Notes: a model not told the origin generated them from the sequence alone. 64,000 nucleotides of DNA from an uncultured Alphaproteobacteria bacterium (GCA_963696665.1 CAVOLE010000038.1:3940-67939), one strand, 5' to 3'; shown: positions 19,742-30,551, numbered from the stretch's first letter. A program made the numbers and translations.

Positions 19742-20599
19742 GTGAAACATAGAATGGCTTTCGGGGCGGCCGCCATGCTCGCCGCCCTGTCCGCGCCTGC
19801 ATTGGCGGGCAATCTCGTTACGAACGGCAGCTTCGAAGCCAACTTTGGAGCCGGTCAGTTCAATCAAACGCAGCCGGGCGCAGCCGGGGGCCAGAACGCC
19901 AGCCACCCGGGAACGACAGCGACCGGCTGGACGGTGATTGGGACCAACTCCGACTATCCGGACGGTTATGCGTTCATCTTCAACAACGCCAACAGCTTCA
20001 CGACGACGAACGGCCATGTCGGTCCGGCTTCGAGCGCCGCCAATCCGAGCGGCTTCAACACGTTGCCGCTCTGGGGCAATTCAAGGGACGGGAGCCCCGA
20101 CGGAAACTACTTCTACGGGGTCGACTTGACCTATCACCCTTCGGCTCTTACCCAAGAGATTGGCGGCCTGATCGACGGCCACACCTATACGCTCACCTTC
20201 GACTATGCAGCCGCGCAGCAGTTCGACTACAGCGGCAACACCATAGACGATTGGGTCGTGACTTTGGGAGGCCAGAGCATCGCCACGACCAACATTGACC
20301 TCGCGAGCCACGGGTTTTCTGGCTGGGAGACGGAGTTGGTCACATTCACCTATGAGGGCGATGGTGGCCTCTTGTCATTCGTCAACGACGGGATGGGTGG
20401 TTGCAACGCGAGCTTCAAGGACTGCGCGCCCCTAGATCCGGGCGCCAGTGGCGGACCGCCATTCTCGCTGCTCGACGGCGTGTCGCTGACCGGTTCGGCG
20501 CCTGAGCCGTCGACTTGGGCGATGATGGTCATCGGCTTCGCGGGCCTTGCTTACGCGGGTTTGCGAAACCGGCGCCGCGCGGCGATTTCGGTCGCATGA
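19742..20599 (+). CDS. Secreted PEP-CTERM (PEPxxWA subtype) surface protein
   Basis: Signal peptide then GNLVTNGSFE; C-terminal APEPSTWAMMVIGFAGLAYAGLRNRRR sorting signal. Confidence 0.9.
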   Translation: MKHRMAFGAAAMLAALSAPALAGNLVTNGSFEANFGAGQFNQTQPGAAGGQNASHPGTTATGWTVIGTNSDYPDGYAFIFNNANSFTTTNGHVGPASSAANPSGFNTLPLWGNSRDGSPDGNYFYGVDLTYHPSALTQEIGGLIDGHTYTLTFDYAAAQQFDYSGNTIDDWVVTLGGQSIATTNIDLASHGFSGWETELVTFTYEGDGGLLSFVNDGMGGCNASFKDCAPLDPGASGGPPFSLLDGVSLTGSAPEPSTWAMMVIGFAGLAYAGLRNRRRAAISVA

Positions 20600-20624
20600 A
20601 CACGTCGGCGTAACCCTGAGAGAC

Positions 20625-20662
20625 AAAAAAGCCATGCCGCCCGCCTGCGAGCGGCATGGTTG
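20625..20662. terminator. Hairpin after the PEP-CTERM gene, probable intrinsic terminator (A-tract gives the U-tail on the minus strand)
   Basis: AAAAAA-GCCATGCCGC-ccgcctgcga-GCGGCATGGT-T. Confidence 0.6.
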
Positions 20663-20723
20663 CTTATTGCGGCCCGACTATCGTCTCGCCCGCGCCCACC
20701 CCACGGTCGAACGGACGTAACCC

Positions 20724-21578
20724 ATGGCTGCTGACCCCTATCGGGACCTCACCGTGCTGCTTTACGCCGCGGCGCGCCTTGGCGTCTGGCTGGCGGTCTT
20801 CGCGGCGATCTTCGCGCCGATTGAGCGGGTCTTCGCGCTGCACGCCCAAAAGATTTTCCGCAAGGGGATCGCCGTCGACCTTGGCTACTATTTTCTCACC
20901 GGTCTCCTGCCTGGCCTCGTGCTCGCGCCGCCGATTTCGGCGGCGGTGCTGGTGATCCATCACTTCATCCCGGGCGGCGTCCTCGCCGCGATCGCCGCCT
21001 GGCCGATCTGGCTCAAGGCCTGCGCCACGATGATGGTGGGCGAGACCGCCTATTACTGGGCGCATCGCTTGAGCCATCAAATTCCGTTCCTCTGGCGCTT
21101 CCACGCCGTCCATCACAGCGCCGAGCAACTCGATTTTCTGGTCAACACCCGCATGCATCCCGTCGACCTGGTGTGGTCGCGGATGGTCATGCTGACGCCG
21201 ATCTTCGCTCTGGGGCTCGCGAACCCTCTCCGCTTCGGCGACGGATTGATCGCGACCGCCATTCTCCTCACCGGGTCGATGTGGGGATATTTCATCCATT
21301 CCAACATCCGCTGGCGCCTGGGGCCGTTCGAATGGCTTCTGACGACGCCGGCCTTTCACCACTGGCACCACACCAACGACACGCGGCGCGACTGCAACTA
21401 CGCGTCCATGTTTCCCTGGCTCGACCGCATTTTCGGCACCCATCACCTGCCCGCTGCGTGGCCTGAACGCTACGGGATCGATGAGCCGATGCCCAATTCC
21501 CTCGCCGGTCAGTTCATCCATCCGCTTGCGGCGTCGCGGCCTCTGCTGCCGGCCAAAGACAATAGGGTTGCGCAGTAG
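20724..21578 (+). CDS. Sterol desaturase / fatty acid hydroxylase family membrane enzyme
   Basis: His boxes HRLSH, HAVHH, HSN and HHWHH; NYASMFPWLDRIFGT. Confidence 0.92.
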   Translation: MAADPYRDLTVLLYAAARLGVWLAVFAAIFAPIERVFALHAQKIFRKGIAVDLGYYFLTGLLPGLVLAPPISAAVLVIHHFIPGGVLAAIAAWPIWLKACATMMVGETAYYWAHRLSHQIPFLWRFHAVHHSAEQLDFLVNTRMHPVDLVWSRMVMLTPIFALGLANPLRFGDGLIATAILLTGSMWGYFIHSNIRWRLGPFEWLLTTPAFHHWHHTNDTRRDCNYASMFPWLDRIFGTHHLPAAWPERYGIDEPMPNSLAGQFIHPLAASRPLLPAKDNRVAQ

Positions 21579-21587
21579 CCGCGCTCG

Positions 21588-21625
21588 ATAGCCCGTCGTG
21601 AGACGGGCGTCCTTCTGAACGCCCT
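21588..21625 (-). repeat. Family-A palindromic repeat copy
   Basis: Reverse complement AGGGCGTTCAGAAGGACGCCCGTCTCACGACGGGCTAT matches the 17396 copy at 35/38 positions. Confidence 0.85.
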
Positions 21626-21807
21626 TTGGTGCGCGGCTGACGCGATCAACGATCGCGTTTACAGGACCGCGCCAGCCGCAGTCGCTTCGGACGCGGGAGC
21701 CGGCCCTTCAGCTTGTGCCAGTTTCGCCCCGCGCTTAATCATCGAATCTGGCGAATGACCGTCAGGTGACAACGCAGACGCGTGCGTCGCTGTCATGGAG
21801 GGCGACG

Positions 21808-23022
21808 ATGGACCTTACGGCACAGCAGAGGATGACCATCCTCGCTGCATTTCTCGGCTGGATGCTCGACGCCTTCGACTTCTTCCTTTTGACCTTCCTG
21901 CTCAAGGACATCGCCAAGGAGTTCGGAGTCGGGGTGCCGGCGGTGGCCTACGCCCTGTTCCTGACCTTGGCGATGCGGTTCGTCGGCGCGTTCATCTTCG
22001 GCCGGCTTGGCGACCTTTGGGGGCGCAAGCCGGCGCTGATGCTCGATATCCTCTGCTACTCGATCCTCGGCGCGCTCGCCGCCTTCTCGCCGAACCTCAC
22101 GGTCTTTCTGATTCTGCGCGCTTTGTTCGGCGTCGCCATGGGCGGGGAGTGGGGCCTCGGGAGCTCGCTGGCGATGGAATCCATTCCGCCGCAGGCGAGG
22201 GGACTGGTGTCGGGGATTCTGCAGTGCGGTTATCCGAGCGGATTCCTGCTCGCCGCGATCGCCTATGGCCTGCTCTTCGGGCGGACCTTCGGCGATTATA
22301 CAGTCGGCTGGCGCGCCATGTTCCTGCTCAGCGTCCTGCCCGCTCTCCTTGTGCTGTTCATTCGCAGCGGCATTCCCAAATCGCCGGCGTTCGAGGCCGC
22401 GCGCAGGGAAGAAAAGCCGAGCTTATGGGCGACGATCTCGGATCACTGGCGCCTGGTGATCTACATGGTCGTGTTGATGATGTGCTTCAATTTCTTCAGC
22501 CATGGCACGCAGGACCTCTATCCGACATTCCTGCAAAGACAGCATGGTTTCGATACGGGCACGGTGAGCTGGATCGTGATCGTCGCCAATCTGGGCGCGA
22601 TCGCCGGCGGCCTCCTGTTCGGGCACGTGTCGGAGAAGATCGGCCGCGTCAACGCCATCACGGTGGCGTCGCTCATTGCGTTGCCGGCTCTTCCCTTGTG
22701 GGCGTACGCCTCGACCCCGGTCCTGCTCGCGCTCGGCGCCTTCATCATGCAGGTCGCGGTGCAGGGGGCCTGGGGCGTCATTCCCGCCCATCTCAACGAA
22801 TTGTCGCCCAGTGCGGCGCGGGCGACCATTCCGGCCTTCGTTTACCAGGCCGGCAATTTCCTCGCCTCCTTCAACGCTCCGTTCCAGGCGCAGATCGCGG
22901 TCAACAACGGCAACAACTACGGCTTCGCTTTGGCCTTGGTGGCGGGGGTGATCGCGGTCGCGATCGTCGTCGTCATCCGCTTCAGCCCGGAGCGGCGCGG
23001 CGAACTCCTGAAGGCCCATTGA
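21808..23022 (+). CDS. MFS transporter, sialate/carboxylate:H+ symporter (SHS/JEN-like)
   Basis: AFLGWMLDAFDF, GRLGDLWGRK, GGEWG and FFSHGTQDLYPTFL; GGAGG RBS. Confidence 0.92.
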   Translation: MDLTAQQRMTILAAFLGWMLDAFDFFLLTFLLKDIAKEFGVGVPAVAYALFLTLAMRFVGAFIFGRLGDLWGRKPALMLDILCYSILGALAAFSPNLTVFLILRALFGVAMGGEWGLGSSLAMESIPPQARGLVSGILQCGYPSGFLLAAIAYGLLFGRTFGDYTVGWRAMFLLSVLPALLVLFIRSGIPKSPAFEAARREEKPSLWATISDHWRLVIYMVVLMMCFNFFSHGTQDLYPTFLQRQHGFDTGTVSWIVIVANLGAIAGGLLFGHVSEKIGRVNAITVASLIALPALPLWAYASTPVLLALGAFIMQVAVQGAWGVIPAHLNELSPSAARATIPAFVYQAGNFLASFNAPFQAQIAVNNGNNYGFALALVAGVIAVAIVVVIRFSPERRGELLKAH

Positions 23023-23388
23023 CCGCCGGACGCGGCTTGCCGTTAGCGAGTCCGTTTTGAGCGATTTCAATGCCTTGCGGCGCAATTAGCGAGTCATTGA
23101 GTCATTGAACCATTCCCGGTCCTTGACACCGAAGCCTGGTCGCGCCGCCCATGTGCGAAGCCAGTCCAGCTTCGCCGTCCTTCTGAAAAACAATATCAGA
23201 TCCCAGCCGGCTTGGCCAGAAATTGTCGCTTTCTTAAATCAGCGTCCCGGCCTACCTCGGTCTTATACCTTGCTATGTATGTACAATGCTGGGAACATTT
23301 CAGCCCTCCAAGCGGTTGATTAAGCGTCAAAGCGGATCTGGCCGTCAGCATGGGCAAGTTCCGCCAGATTAAAAAGCAGGAGGTTTCT

Positions 23389-23649
23389 ATGTCTCGATGG
23401 ATGCTTACCGCTGCTGCTGCGACGCTGATCTGCGCTTCTTCTTCAGCGGCGCTGGCCAACGAGAGTGGCGCGGTCACCGGCGGGCTTGCGGGCGCCGTGG
23501 GTGGGGCGGTTGTAGGCGGGCCGGTTGGCGCGGTGGTCGGAGGCGTGGGCGGCGCGGCCATCGGCAACTCGATGTCCAACCACCATCGCTACTATCACCA
23601 CCACTACGCTTACTCCCCCTACCACCACCACTATTACCATCCGTACTAA
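23389..23649 (+). CDS. Small secreted glycine-zipper protein with His/Tyr-rich tail
   Basis: Signal peptide, GAVTGGLAGAVGGAVVGGPVGAVVGGVGGAAIG, then HHRYYHHHYAYSPYHHHYYHPY; AGGAGG RBS. Confidence 0.85.
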   Translation: MSRWMLTAAAATLICASSSAALANESGAVTGGLAGAVGGAVVGGPVGAVVGGVGGAAIGNSMSNHHRYYHHHYAYSPYHHHYYHPY

Positions 23650-23677
23650 GCCCTCCATTTGGGCGGAAGGAATGGTT

Positions 23678-23700
23678 TCCCTCTCCTCTTGGGAGAGGGA
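23678..23700. repeat. Family-C hairpin between convergent genes, possible terminator
   Basis: TCCCTCTCC-TCTT-GGGAGAGGGA, similar to the CCCTCTCCC motif at 17442. Confidence 0.55.
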
Positions 23701-23796
23701 ATTTGCGTGGAAAAGTGCAAAACAATCTTCGACTGCTTTTCTCGAAGCGTGCTTCGCGAAGCCCCGATGCGGCGACCATCCGGTCGCGGCGCCGGC

Positions 23797-24315
23797 CTAT
23801 TCCGCAGCGGCCGCTCGTTTCGGCAACACCCAGTTCGGGCGGACATAATGGCAGGTGTAGCCGTTCGGGTAGCGCTCCAGATAATCCTGGTGCTCGGGCT
23901 CGGCCTCCCAGAACGGACCAGCTGGCGCGACTTCGGTCACCACCTTGCCTGGCCATAGGCCCGACGCCTCGACATCGGCGATCGTGTCGAGCGCCACGCG
24001 CTTTTGCTCGTCATTGGTGAAAAAGATCGCTGAACGATAGCTCGCGCCCAGGTCGTTGCCCTGGCGGTTTCGGGTGGTCGGATCGTGGATCTGAAAGAAG
24101 AACTCGAGCAGCTTGCGGTAGCTGATCTGCGAGGGATCGAAGACGATCTCGATCGCCTCGGCATGATTGCCGTGGTTGCGATAGGTCGCATTGGGGACCT
24201 CGCCGCCGGTGTAGCCGACCCGGGTCGAGACCACGCCCGGATAGCGGCGAATGAGATCCTGCATGCCCCAGAAACATCCGCCAGCGAGAACCGCCCGTTC
24301 CGTCGAACCTGCCAT
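23797..24315 (-). CDS. msrA: Peptide-methionine (S)-S-oxide reductase
   Basis: GGCFWG active site, [20 protein letters not shown]. Confidence 0.97.
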   Translation of the reverse strand: MAGSTERAVLAGGCFWGMQDLIRRYPGVVSTRVGYTGGEVPNATYRNHGNHAEAIEIVFDPSQISYRKLLEFFFQIHDPTTRNRQGNDLGASYRSAIFFTNDEQKRVALDTIADVEASGLWPGKVVTEVAPAGPFWEAEPEHQDYLERYPNGYTCHYVRPNWVLPKRAAAAE

Positions 24316-24422
24316 GACGCCGCCTCCTGTTGAATGGATTTTGGCGCCCGAAGCGAGCGCCGAACCTCCCGCCGCCGCCTTAGATAATCACTCCAACCGA
24401 AAACAAAACCGAGCCCTCAAAT

Positions 24423-25286
24423 TTACGCCGCTTCGGCGGCGGGGGCGCGGGTGAGCAGCCGGCAGAGGCGCGCAAGCGTCTCCCGCTGCTTTGGCCGCGG
24501 CACCACCATGTCGATCATTCCGTGGTCGCGCAGGTATTCGGCGCGCTGGAAGCCTTCCGGCAGGCGCTCGCGAATGGTCTGCTCGATCACCCGCGCGCCG
24601 GCAAAGCCGATCACCGCGCCAGGCTCGGCGATCTGCACATCGCCGAGCATGGCGTAAGACGCCGTCACCCCGCCGGTGGTCGGGTTGGTCAGGATCACAA
24701 TGAAGGGGAGCCTCGCCGCCCGCAGACGCCGCACGGCGACCGTGGTGCGCACCATCTGCGCCAGGGCGAACATGCCCTCCTGCATGCGCGCGCCGCCCGA
24801 CGTCGTAAAAATGAGAAAGGGCGTCGAGCGCTCGATCGCGGCGGAGACGCCGGCGACGATCGCCTCTCCGGCCGCCAAGCCCAGCGTTCCGCCCTGAAAC
24901 GCAAAGTCCTGGATGGCGACGGTGACGGCCTGTCCCTCGAGGTTGCCGAATGCGATCGTGACCGCATCCATGGCGCCCGTCTTCGCGCGATTTTCCTGCA
25001 AGCGGACCGAATAGCGCTTGATGTCGCGAAACTTGAGGGGATCGGACGGCGTTTCGGGGGTGGCGAACTCCTCGTATTGGCCATCGTCGAGGAGCGAGGC
25101 GAGACGGGCCTTCGGGCTGATCGGCATGTGGTAGCCGGAGCCCGGCACAACCATGAGATTGGCTTCGAGATCCTTGTGGAAGACGAGTTCGCCGCTCTCC
25201 GGGCACTTGACCCAAAGATTTTCCGGCGTGTCGCGGCGCAGGAGCGAGCGAATTTTCGGCGGAACGACGTTCGAGATCCAGTTCAT
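24423..25286 (-). CDS. accD: Acetyl-CoA carboxylase carboxyltransferase beta subunit
   Basis: [67 protein letters not shown]. Confidence 0.96.
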   Translation of the reverse strand: MNWISNVVPPKIRSLLRRDTPENLWVKCPESGELVFHKDLEANLMVVPGSGYHMPISPKARLASLLDDGQYEEFATPETPSDPLKFRDIKRYSVRLQENRAKTGAMDAVTIAFGNLEGQAVTVAIQDFAFQGGTLGLAAGEAIVAGVSAAIERSTPFLIFTTSGGARMQEGMFALAQMVRTTVAVRRLRAARLPFIVILTNPTTGGVTASYAMLGDVQIAEPGAVIGFAGARVIEQTIRERLPEGFQRAEYLRDHGMIDMVVPRPKQRETLARLCRLLTRAPAAEAA

Positions 25287-25326
25287 GCGCTGCGTTCGCT
25301 CCGTTGCGGCGGTCGTGGAAAAACGG

Positions 25327-26151
25327 TCACTTCTGCGCGGCCCGCACGCCATGCGCCAGTTTGCCGACGAGCTCGGCGACGGCGGCGACGGTCGACGGGG
25401 TCGCCGCTCCGCCGTCGAGCGACAGTCTGATCGCTTCGACAACGGAAGAACCGACCACCACGCCATCCGCAGTTTCCGCGATCGCGCGGGCGCTTTCGGC
25501 GTTCTTGACGCCGAAGCCGACCGCGACCGGCAGCTCGGTGCGCCGCTTCAGCCGCGCCACGCCTTCCGCCACCTGCTGCACGTCGGGAGCCGCGGCTCCG
25601 GTGACGCCCGTGATCGATACAAAATAGACGAAGCCGCCTGCGTTTTTTAGAATTTCCGGCAGACGGTCATCGCTCGTGGTCGGCGCCACAAGGCGAACAA
25701 AGGCGAGCCCGGCTCGTCGGGCGGGCAGGCAAATCTCGTCGTCTTCCTCAGGAGGGCAATCGACGATGATGAGCCCGTCGACGCCCGCGGCTTTTGCGTC
25801 CCTCAGGAATGTCTCGACGCCATAGACATAGATGGGGTTGTAATAGCCCATGAGGATCAGCGGCGTGTCGGGGTCCTGGCTGCGGAACTTTTTCACCATT
25901 CCCAGGGTCGCCGGCAGGGTCTGCTTGGCTTCGAGCGCCCGACGGCCGGCGGCTTGAATCGCCGGGCCGTCCGCAATCGGGTCGGTAAACGGCATGCCGA
26001 GTTCGACAATGTCCGCGCCGGCCGCCGGCAACGCTCCGAGAATCGCGGATGACGTCGCGCTGTCCGGGTCGCCGGCCATGATGAAGGTCAAAAGCGCAGC
26101 CCGGCGTTCGGCGGCAAGCTGTTGAAAGCGCAAATCGAGGCGTGCGGTCAT
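25327..26151 (-). CDS. trpA: Tryptophan synthase alpha chain
   Basis: [25 protein letters not shown] (catalytic Glu/Asp), GYYNP, GVTG, VGFGV, GVVVGS. Confidence 0.96.
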   Translation of the reverse strand: MTARLDLRFQQLAAERRAALLTFIMAGDPDSATSSAILGALPAAGADIVELGMPFTDPIADGPAIQAAGRRALEAKQTLPATLGMVKKFRSQDPDTPLILMGYYNPIYVYGVETFLRDAKAAGVDGLIIVDCPPEEDDEICLPARRAGLAFVRLVAPTTSDDRLPEILKNAGGFVYFVSITGVTGAAAPDVQQVAEGVARLKRRTELPVAVGFGVKNAESARAIAETADGVVVGSSVVEAIRLSLDGGAATPSTVAAVAELVGKLAHGVRAAQK

Positions 26152-26338
26152 GGGCGTCTCGTTACCACGACGCCCAGAGGCGCGAAAGCAAAGGAACCCA
26201 GACGGTTGTCGGACACGCGGAGGACGGTGATTTTCGAGTGAAACTGGCCCTCGACCGGGCCAAAGAATCCCGATAATGGCCGAAGACATCCATCATAGGC
26301 GAGAACGATCGCCGGTTCGCGGCTCCTCGGGGGGACTC

Positions 26339-26509
26339 ATGAAGCTCTTTCTTTTGGCTCTCCCTTGTGTCCTGGCGGTCTGGGTCCCGCTCTACAACTC
26401 GGTTCCGCCTGTCCTTTTCGGAATCCCGTTCTTTTTCTGGTTCCAGCTGGTCCTCATTCCGCTCTCGGCGCTCGCAATTCTTGCTGCGGATCGGATCGGT
26501 AAGAACTAG
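26339..26509 (+). CDS. DUF3311 small membrane protein (partner of SSS transporters)
   Basis: VPLYNSVPPVLFGIPFFFWFQL signature directly upstream of an SSS gene. Confidence 0.88.
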   Translation: MKLFLLALPCVLAVWVPLYNSVPPVLFGIPFFFWFQLVLIPLSALAILAADRIGKN

Positions 26510-26512
26510 GCG

Positions 26513-28081
26513 ATGCTCGACCACCTCAACCTCGTCGCCACCGCAGTCTTCGTCTTCTTTTTTGGCCTGGTGTCGGTGCTTGGCTTTGTCGCGGCGCGCT
26601 GGAAAGCCGCCGATCTTGGACATATCCACGAATGGGGTCTGGGAGGCCGCCGCTTTGGCCGTTGGATAACCTGGTTCCTGCTCGGGGGCGATCTCTACAC
26701 GGCCTACACGGTCATCGCGATTCCCGCGGTCGTGTTCGCGATTGGCGCCTTCGGGTTCTTCGCCGTGCCCTACACGATCATTGTCTATCCGTTCCTCTAC
26801 CTGACGTTGCCGCGCCTGTGGGCGGTCTCGCAGAAAAACGGCTACATCACCGCCGCCGATTTCGTGCTTGGCCGCTATGGCCACAAAGGACTGGAGCTTG
26901 CGGTTGCGGCGACCGGGATCCTGGCGACGATGCCCTATATCGCCCTTCAGCTAATCGGACTTGAGAAGGTCATTGTCGCCCTCGGCTTTTCCGGTCAGGG
27001 GATCATGGCGCACGCGCCCATCACCATCGCGTTCGTCATCCTCGCGCTCTTCACCTACAAGAGCGGCTTACGCGCGCCGGCCATGATCGCGTTCGTCAAG
27101 GATGCGATGATTTACATCTTCATCATCGCTGCGATTGTCGTCATTCCCTATGAGCTCGGAGGTTTCGGAGCGATTTTTGCAGCGGCCGGCAAGGCGTTCG
27201 AAGCCAAGGTCGCGGCGAATCCCAATCTTGCCGCCGGGCTGACGCTCAAGCCCACGCAAGTCGGTCCCTACATCACGCTCGCGATCGGTTCGGCGATGGC
27301 GTTGTTCATGTATCCGCACGCGCTGACGGGCTCGCTCGCGGCTTCGAGCGGGAACGCCATTCGCTTCAACACGATGACGTTGCCCGCCTATTCCTTGGTG
27401 CTCGGCTTGATCGCCTTGCTTGGGCTGATGGCGATCGCCGCCGGCGTCAAGGTCGACACGCCCCAGGACGCCGTGCCACAGCTTGTGCTCTGGGCGTTTC
27501 CCAACTGGTTCGCCGGCTTTTGCTTCGCGGCGATCGCGCTTGGCGCTCTCGTGCCGGCGGCGGTCATGTCGATCGGCGCGGCCAACACCTTCACCCGCAA
27601 CATCTGGAAGCCGTTCGTCCACCCGGAGATGACGCCGCAAGAGGAGTCGGTGCTCGCCAAACTGGCTTCGCTGGTGGTGAAGATCGGCGCGCTCGCCGTG
27701 ATCTTCTTCATGCCGACGCAATTCGCTTTGAACTTGCAATTGCTGGGCGGCGTCTGGATGGTTCAGATATTCCCGGCGATGATTTTGGGCCTGTTCACCC
27801 GATGGTTCAGCGGCTGGGCGCTGCTGATCGGCTGGGCTCTCGGCATGATCATCGGCACGTCCCTCTCCTGGACGGGCAAGGCCTGGGCGCCGGTCCATGC
27901 GCTGAAGTGGGATGTTCCGTTTTTTGGCCATTTCGATTCCGGCCTTAGCTTTGCCGCCTATAATGGATTGACGGCGGTGCTCGTCAATTTCCTTGTCGCG
28001 GCAGCGCTTTCATTGGTTCTGCGTTCTCAGGCGAGCGATGAGACTTCACCAGAAGACTACGATGATCGTGCGCTCGCGTGA
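26513..28081 (+). CDS. mctP: Sodium:solute symporter family monocarboxylate permease (MctP-like)
   Basis: EWGLGGRRFG..WFLLGGDLYTAYT, MPYIALQL, LFMYPH, AAIMSIGAANxFTRN-type motif; ~13 TM helices. Confidence 0.88.
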   Translation: MLDHLNLVATAVFVFFFGLVSVLGFVAARWKAADLGHIHEWGLGGRRFGRWITWFLLGGDLYTAYTVIAIPAVVFAIGAFGFFAVPYTIIVYPFLYLTLPRLWAVSQKNGYITAADFVLGRYGHKGLELAVAATGILATMPYIALQLIGLEKVIVALGFSGQGIMAHAPITIAFVILALFTYKSGLRAPAMIAFVKDAMIYIFIIAAIVVIPYELGGFGAIFAAAGKAFEAKVAANPNLAAGLTLKPTQVGPYITLAIGSAMALFMYPHALTGSLAASSGNAIRFNTMTLPAYSLVLGLIALLGLMAIAAGVKVDTPQDAVPQLVLWAFPNWFAGFCFAAIALGALVPAAVMSIGAANTFTRNIWKPFVHPEMTPQEESVLAKLASLVVKIGALAVIFFMPTQFALNLQLLGGVWMVQIFPAMILGLFTRWFSGWALLIGWALGMIIGTSLSWTGKAWAPVHALKWDVPFFGHFDSGLSFAAYNGLTAVLVNFLVAAALSLVLRSQASDETSPEDYDDRALA

Positions 28082-28221
28082 ACAAGGGCCTATAGAGGCG
28101 TCCTTGAGCGCGGCCGGCTAATGTTGAGGGCGCCATTGCGTCGGCGCCGCCGCTGCTCGAGCAAGGATATTGTCGTAGGCCATGATCAGGTGCAGTCTGC
28201 GCGCTGTCTAGGGAGCTTTTA

Positions 28222-30018
28222 ATGGTGGAAGAGGGGCCGGGCTCCGTGGAGAATGATCTGCCGGCCGCCGAGCCACAGCCGCAGCACGATTTTTCCGTTG
28301 TTCAAGGCTTCCAGGTTGTCGGCGCCGAAGGCTTAAGCCGGGCGGGCGACGAAGCCTGGCGCGACGCGCTCAGACTGGAGCTGGAGACGCGCGCCGCTCG
28401 CCTGCATCAGGCCGTCGACGCCGCGATTGTGCTCTCGAACGACGGGATCATCCGTTGGTTGGGGGATCCGGTCGCCAAACTCTCGCTCGGCCCGAATGCG
28501 CTCAACCCGAGCGCCGTCATCCTCGCCGATGAATCCCTGCCCGATGCGTCCCGCGAGATGATAAAGATACGAATTGAGCTTTGGATCGCGGCGACGACGC
28601 GGCGCCTTCTTGCGTCGCTGTTCGCGCTCGAAGGCCTTCAAGAGGGATCGGAAAGCGTTCGCGATTTGGCGCAGGAGCTCACGCGGTCGCTCGGGGTTTT
28701 GGAGCGCGAACCGATCAGGGCGAAGATCAAGGCGCTCACTCAAGAGGACCGCGCGGAGCTGAGAAAGCAAGGCGTCCGCTTCGGCGCCTACTATATTTTT
28801 CTCCCCGCGCTGCTCAAGCCGGCGGCCAGAACGTTGGCCCTTCAACTGTGGAGCCTTCAAGCGTCCGGCGACGCCAGTGAGCTTCTTCCGAGCCTCGGCG
28901 CAGTCGCCTCGTCTGGCCGGACCTCTCTCCCGTTGGACAAGGGGACCTCGAAGGAAGGGTATCGCGTCGCCGGTTATCGGCCGTGCGGCGAGCGGGTTGT
29001 GCGGGTTGATGTCGTGGAACGTCTTTCCGGGATGATCCGGGCGGCGTTCGCAGGGGAAGGGACGGGGGTCGCCGAGGGCCCTCCAAGCCAGCGGACGTCG
29101 AAAGGATTCCTCGTCAGCGGAGCGATGACATCGTTGACTGGGTGCTCAGGCGAGCCATTCGCCTCGATCTTGCGCTCCATGGGATTCCGGTCGGTCGAAA
29201 TGAAACGGTCGGAATTTTTTGGATCCCGATCGGCTGCCGAAGGGGGACAAAGCGAACCGCTCAAACCGGGGGACATTCAGGAACCGTCAGGCGTTGAGCA
29301 AGCGACGGCGCCGGCGAGTGAAGATGAAGCCCCAGGGGATTCGGTTTCGGCCGCGCCGACTGCTGAGCCGCCGCCTGACGACGTCCTTGCGGGCGCTGGG
29401 GGTCTTGACGAGCTCGCCGAGGGCGCGGAAACGGCCCCTGAAGACCCTGTCGCCGTTACGGAGGCCGTCGACACCTTCGCCGAGGCAGCCGAGAGCGCGA
29501 CCGAGGGCGCCGACGGCGTCACGCTGGAAACGGCGGCTGCTCCCGCCCTCTCGGATCCGCCGGATGGAGGTTCCGCAGCGCAAGCCATGGAGCAGGCCGC
29601 CGCTCCACAAACGTCGGACGCAAGTTGCGAACTGGCAAAAGGCGCTGAACTGATCATCGTCTGGCGACCCGATCATCGCAAGATTTCACACAAACGCGAG
29701 AGGGAAGGGAGACAATCAAGAACCGAGGGACCTGCCAGAACCGAAGGACCCGGCCGTGCAGACGCCCGGGGTCATAGTCCGGGCGCAACGCCCAATTGGC
29801 GGCGCGAATCGGCGGCCTCTCCGCCCAAGAGGCCCAATCGCCCCAATTCGGGCCGTAACGACGAAAAACGTCGCCAGCGGCCCCATGATTATGATATGAC
29901 CCGGTCGGCTGCAACGACGGCGCCGCAGCCAACGGCCAAGGTTGATCCGAACTCACCCTTCGCCAAGCTTCTCGAGCTTCGTTCGCTACTTGAGGAACAA
30001 GCCAACAAACGCCAGTAG
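28222..30018 (+). CDS. C-terminal half only of the alphaproteobacterial Suv3/MgpS-like helicase-related protein; no helicase core
   Basis: [69 protein letters not shown] and terminal [13 protein letters not shown], as recalled for this family. No Walker A or DExH motif. Confidence 0.7.
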   Translation: MVEEGPGSVENDLPAAEPQPQHDFSVVQGFQVVGAEGLSRAGDEAWRDALRLELETRAARLHQAVDAAIVLSNDGIIRWLGDPVAKLSLGPNALNPSAVILADESLPDASREMIKIRIELWIAATTRRLLASLFALEGLQEGSESVRDLAQELTRSLGVLEREPIRAKIKALTQEDRAELRKQGVRFGAYYIFLPALLKPAARTLALQLWSLQASGDASELLPSLGAVASSGRTSLPLDKGTSKEGYRVAGYRPCGERVVRVDVVERLSGMIRAAFAGEGTGVAEGPPSQRTSKGFLVSGAMTSLTGCSGEPFASILRSMGFRSVEMKRSEFFGSRSAAEGGQSEPLKPGDIQEPSGVEQATAPASEDEAPGDSVSAAPTAEPPPDDVLAGAGGLDELAEGAETAPEDPVAVTEAVDTFAEAAESATEGADGVTLETAAAPALSDPPDGGSAAQAMEQAAAPQTSDASCELAKGAELIIVWRPDHRKISHKREREGRQSRTEGPARTEGPGRADARGHSPGATPNWRRESAASPPKRPNRPNSGRNDEKRRQRPHDYDMTRSAATTAPQPTAKVDPNSPFAKLLELRSLLEEQANKRQ

Positions 30019-30131
30019 CTGCGCCATCGCCGCCGAAAGCATCGACAACAAAAAGGTTGGCAGACGGTCTGGAAATCCATAGAAGAGCGGCCGAAGTCCC
30101 TGACCGGCAGGTAGCTCACAAGGATATACGT

Positions 30132-30470
30132 ATGACCTACGTGGTCGTGGAAAACTGCATAAAGTGCAAATATTTGGATTGCGTGGAGGTCTGCCCTGTC
30201 GACTGCTTCTACGAGGGCGAAAATATGCTCGTCATCCACCCGGACGAGTGCATCGATTGCGGCGTGTGCGAGCCCGAATGCCCTGCCGAAGCCATCAAGC
30301 CGGACACTGAACCCGACCTCGCTTTTTGGCTTAAGCTGAATGCTGAATACGCCAAGTCTTGGCCGAATATAACCAGTAAGAAAGAGCCGCCGCCGGACGG
30401 CAAGGAATTCGACGGACGAGCGAACAAGTTTGCTGAGTTTTTTTCGGCTGAGCCTGGGGAGGGCGATTAA
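30132..30470 (+). CDS. fdxA: 7Fe-type ferredoxin FdxA
   Basis: [45 protein letters not shown]. Confidence 0.96.
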   Translation: MTYVVVENCIKCKYLDCVEVCPVDCFYEGENMLVIHPDECIDCGVCEPECPAEAIKPDTEPDLAFWLKLNAEYAKSWPNITSKKEPPPDGKEFDGRANKFAEFFSAEPGEGD

Positions 30471-30551
30471 GCACATTTCGATTCTTTGGCAATTCGGCCG
30501 AGGCGGGCCCCGCTCCGCCGCGGATAGATTGGTTCGGGCTCATCTTCCTCT

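Noticed and set aside
24423-25286. AccD lacking the four-Cys zinc finger
   Set aside because: The degenerate CPES..VPGS form is, as I recall, usual for Rhizobiales AccD and so not novel.
28192-28202. GCAGTCTGCGC match to the family-D core just upstream of the truncated helicase
   Set aside because: Only 11 bp, with no flanking similarity; plausible by chance in 64 kb of GC-rich DNA.
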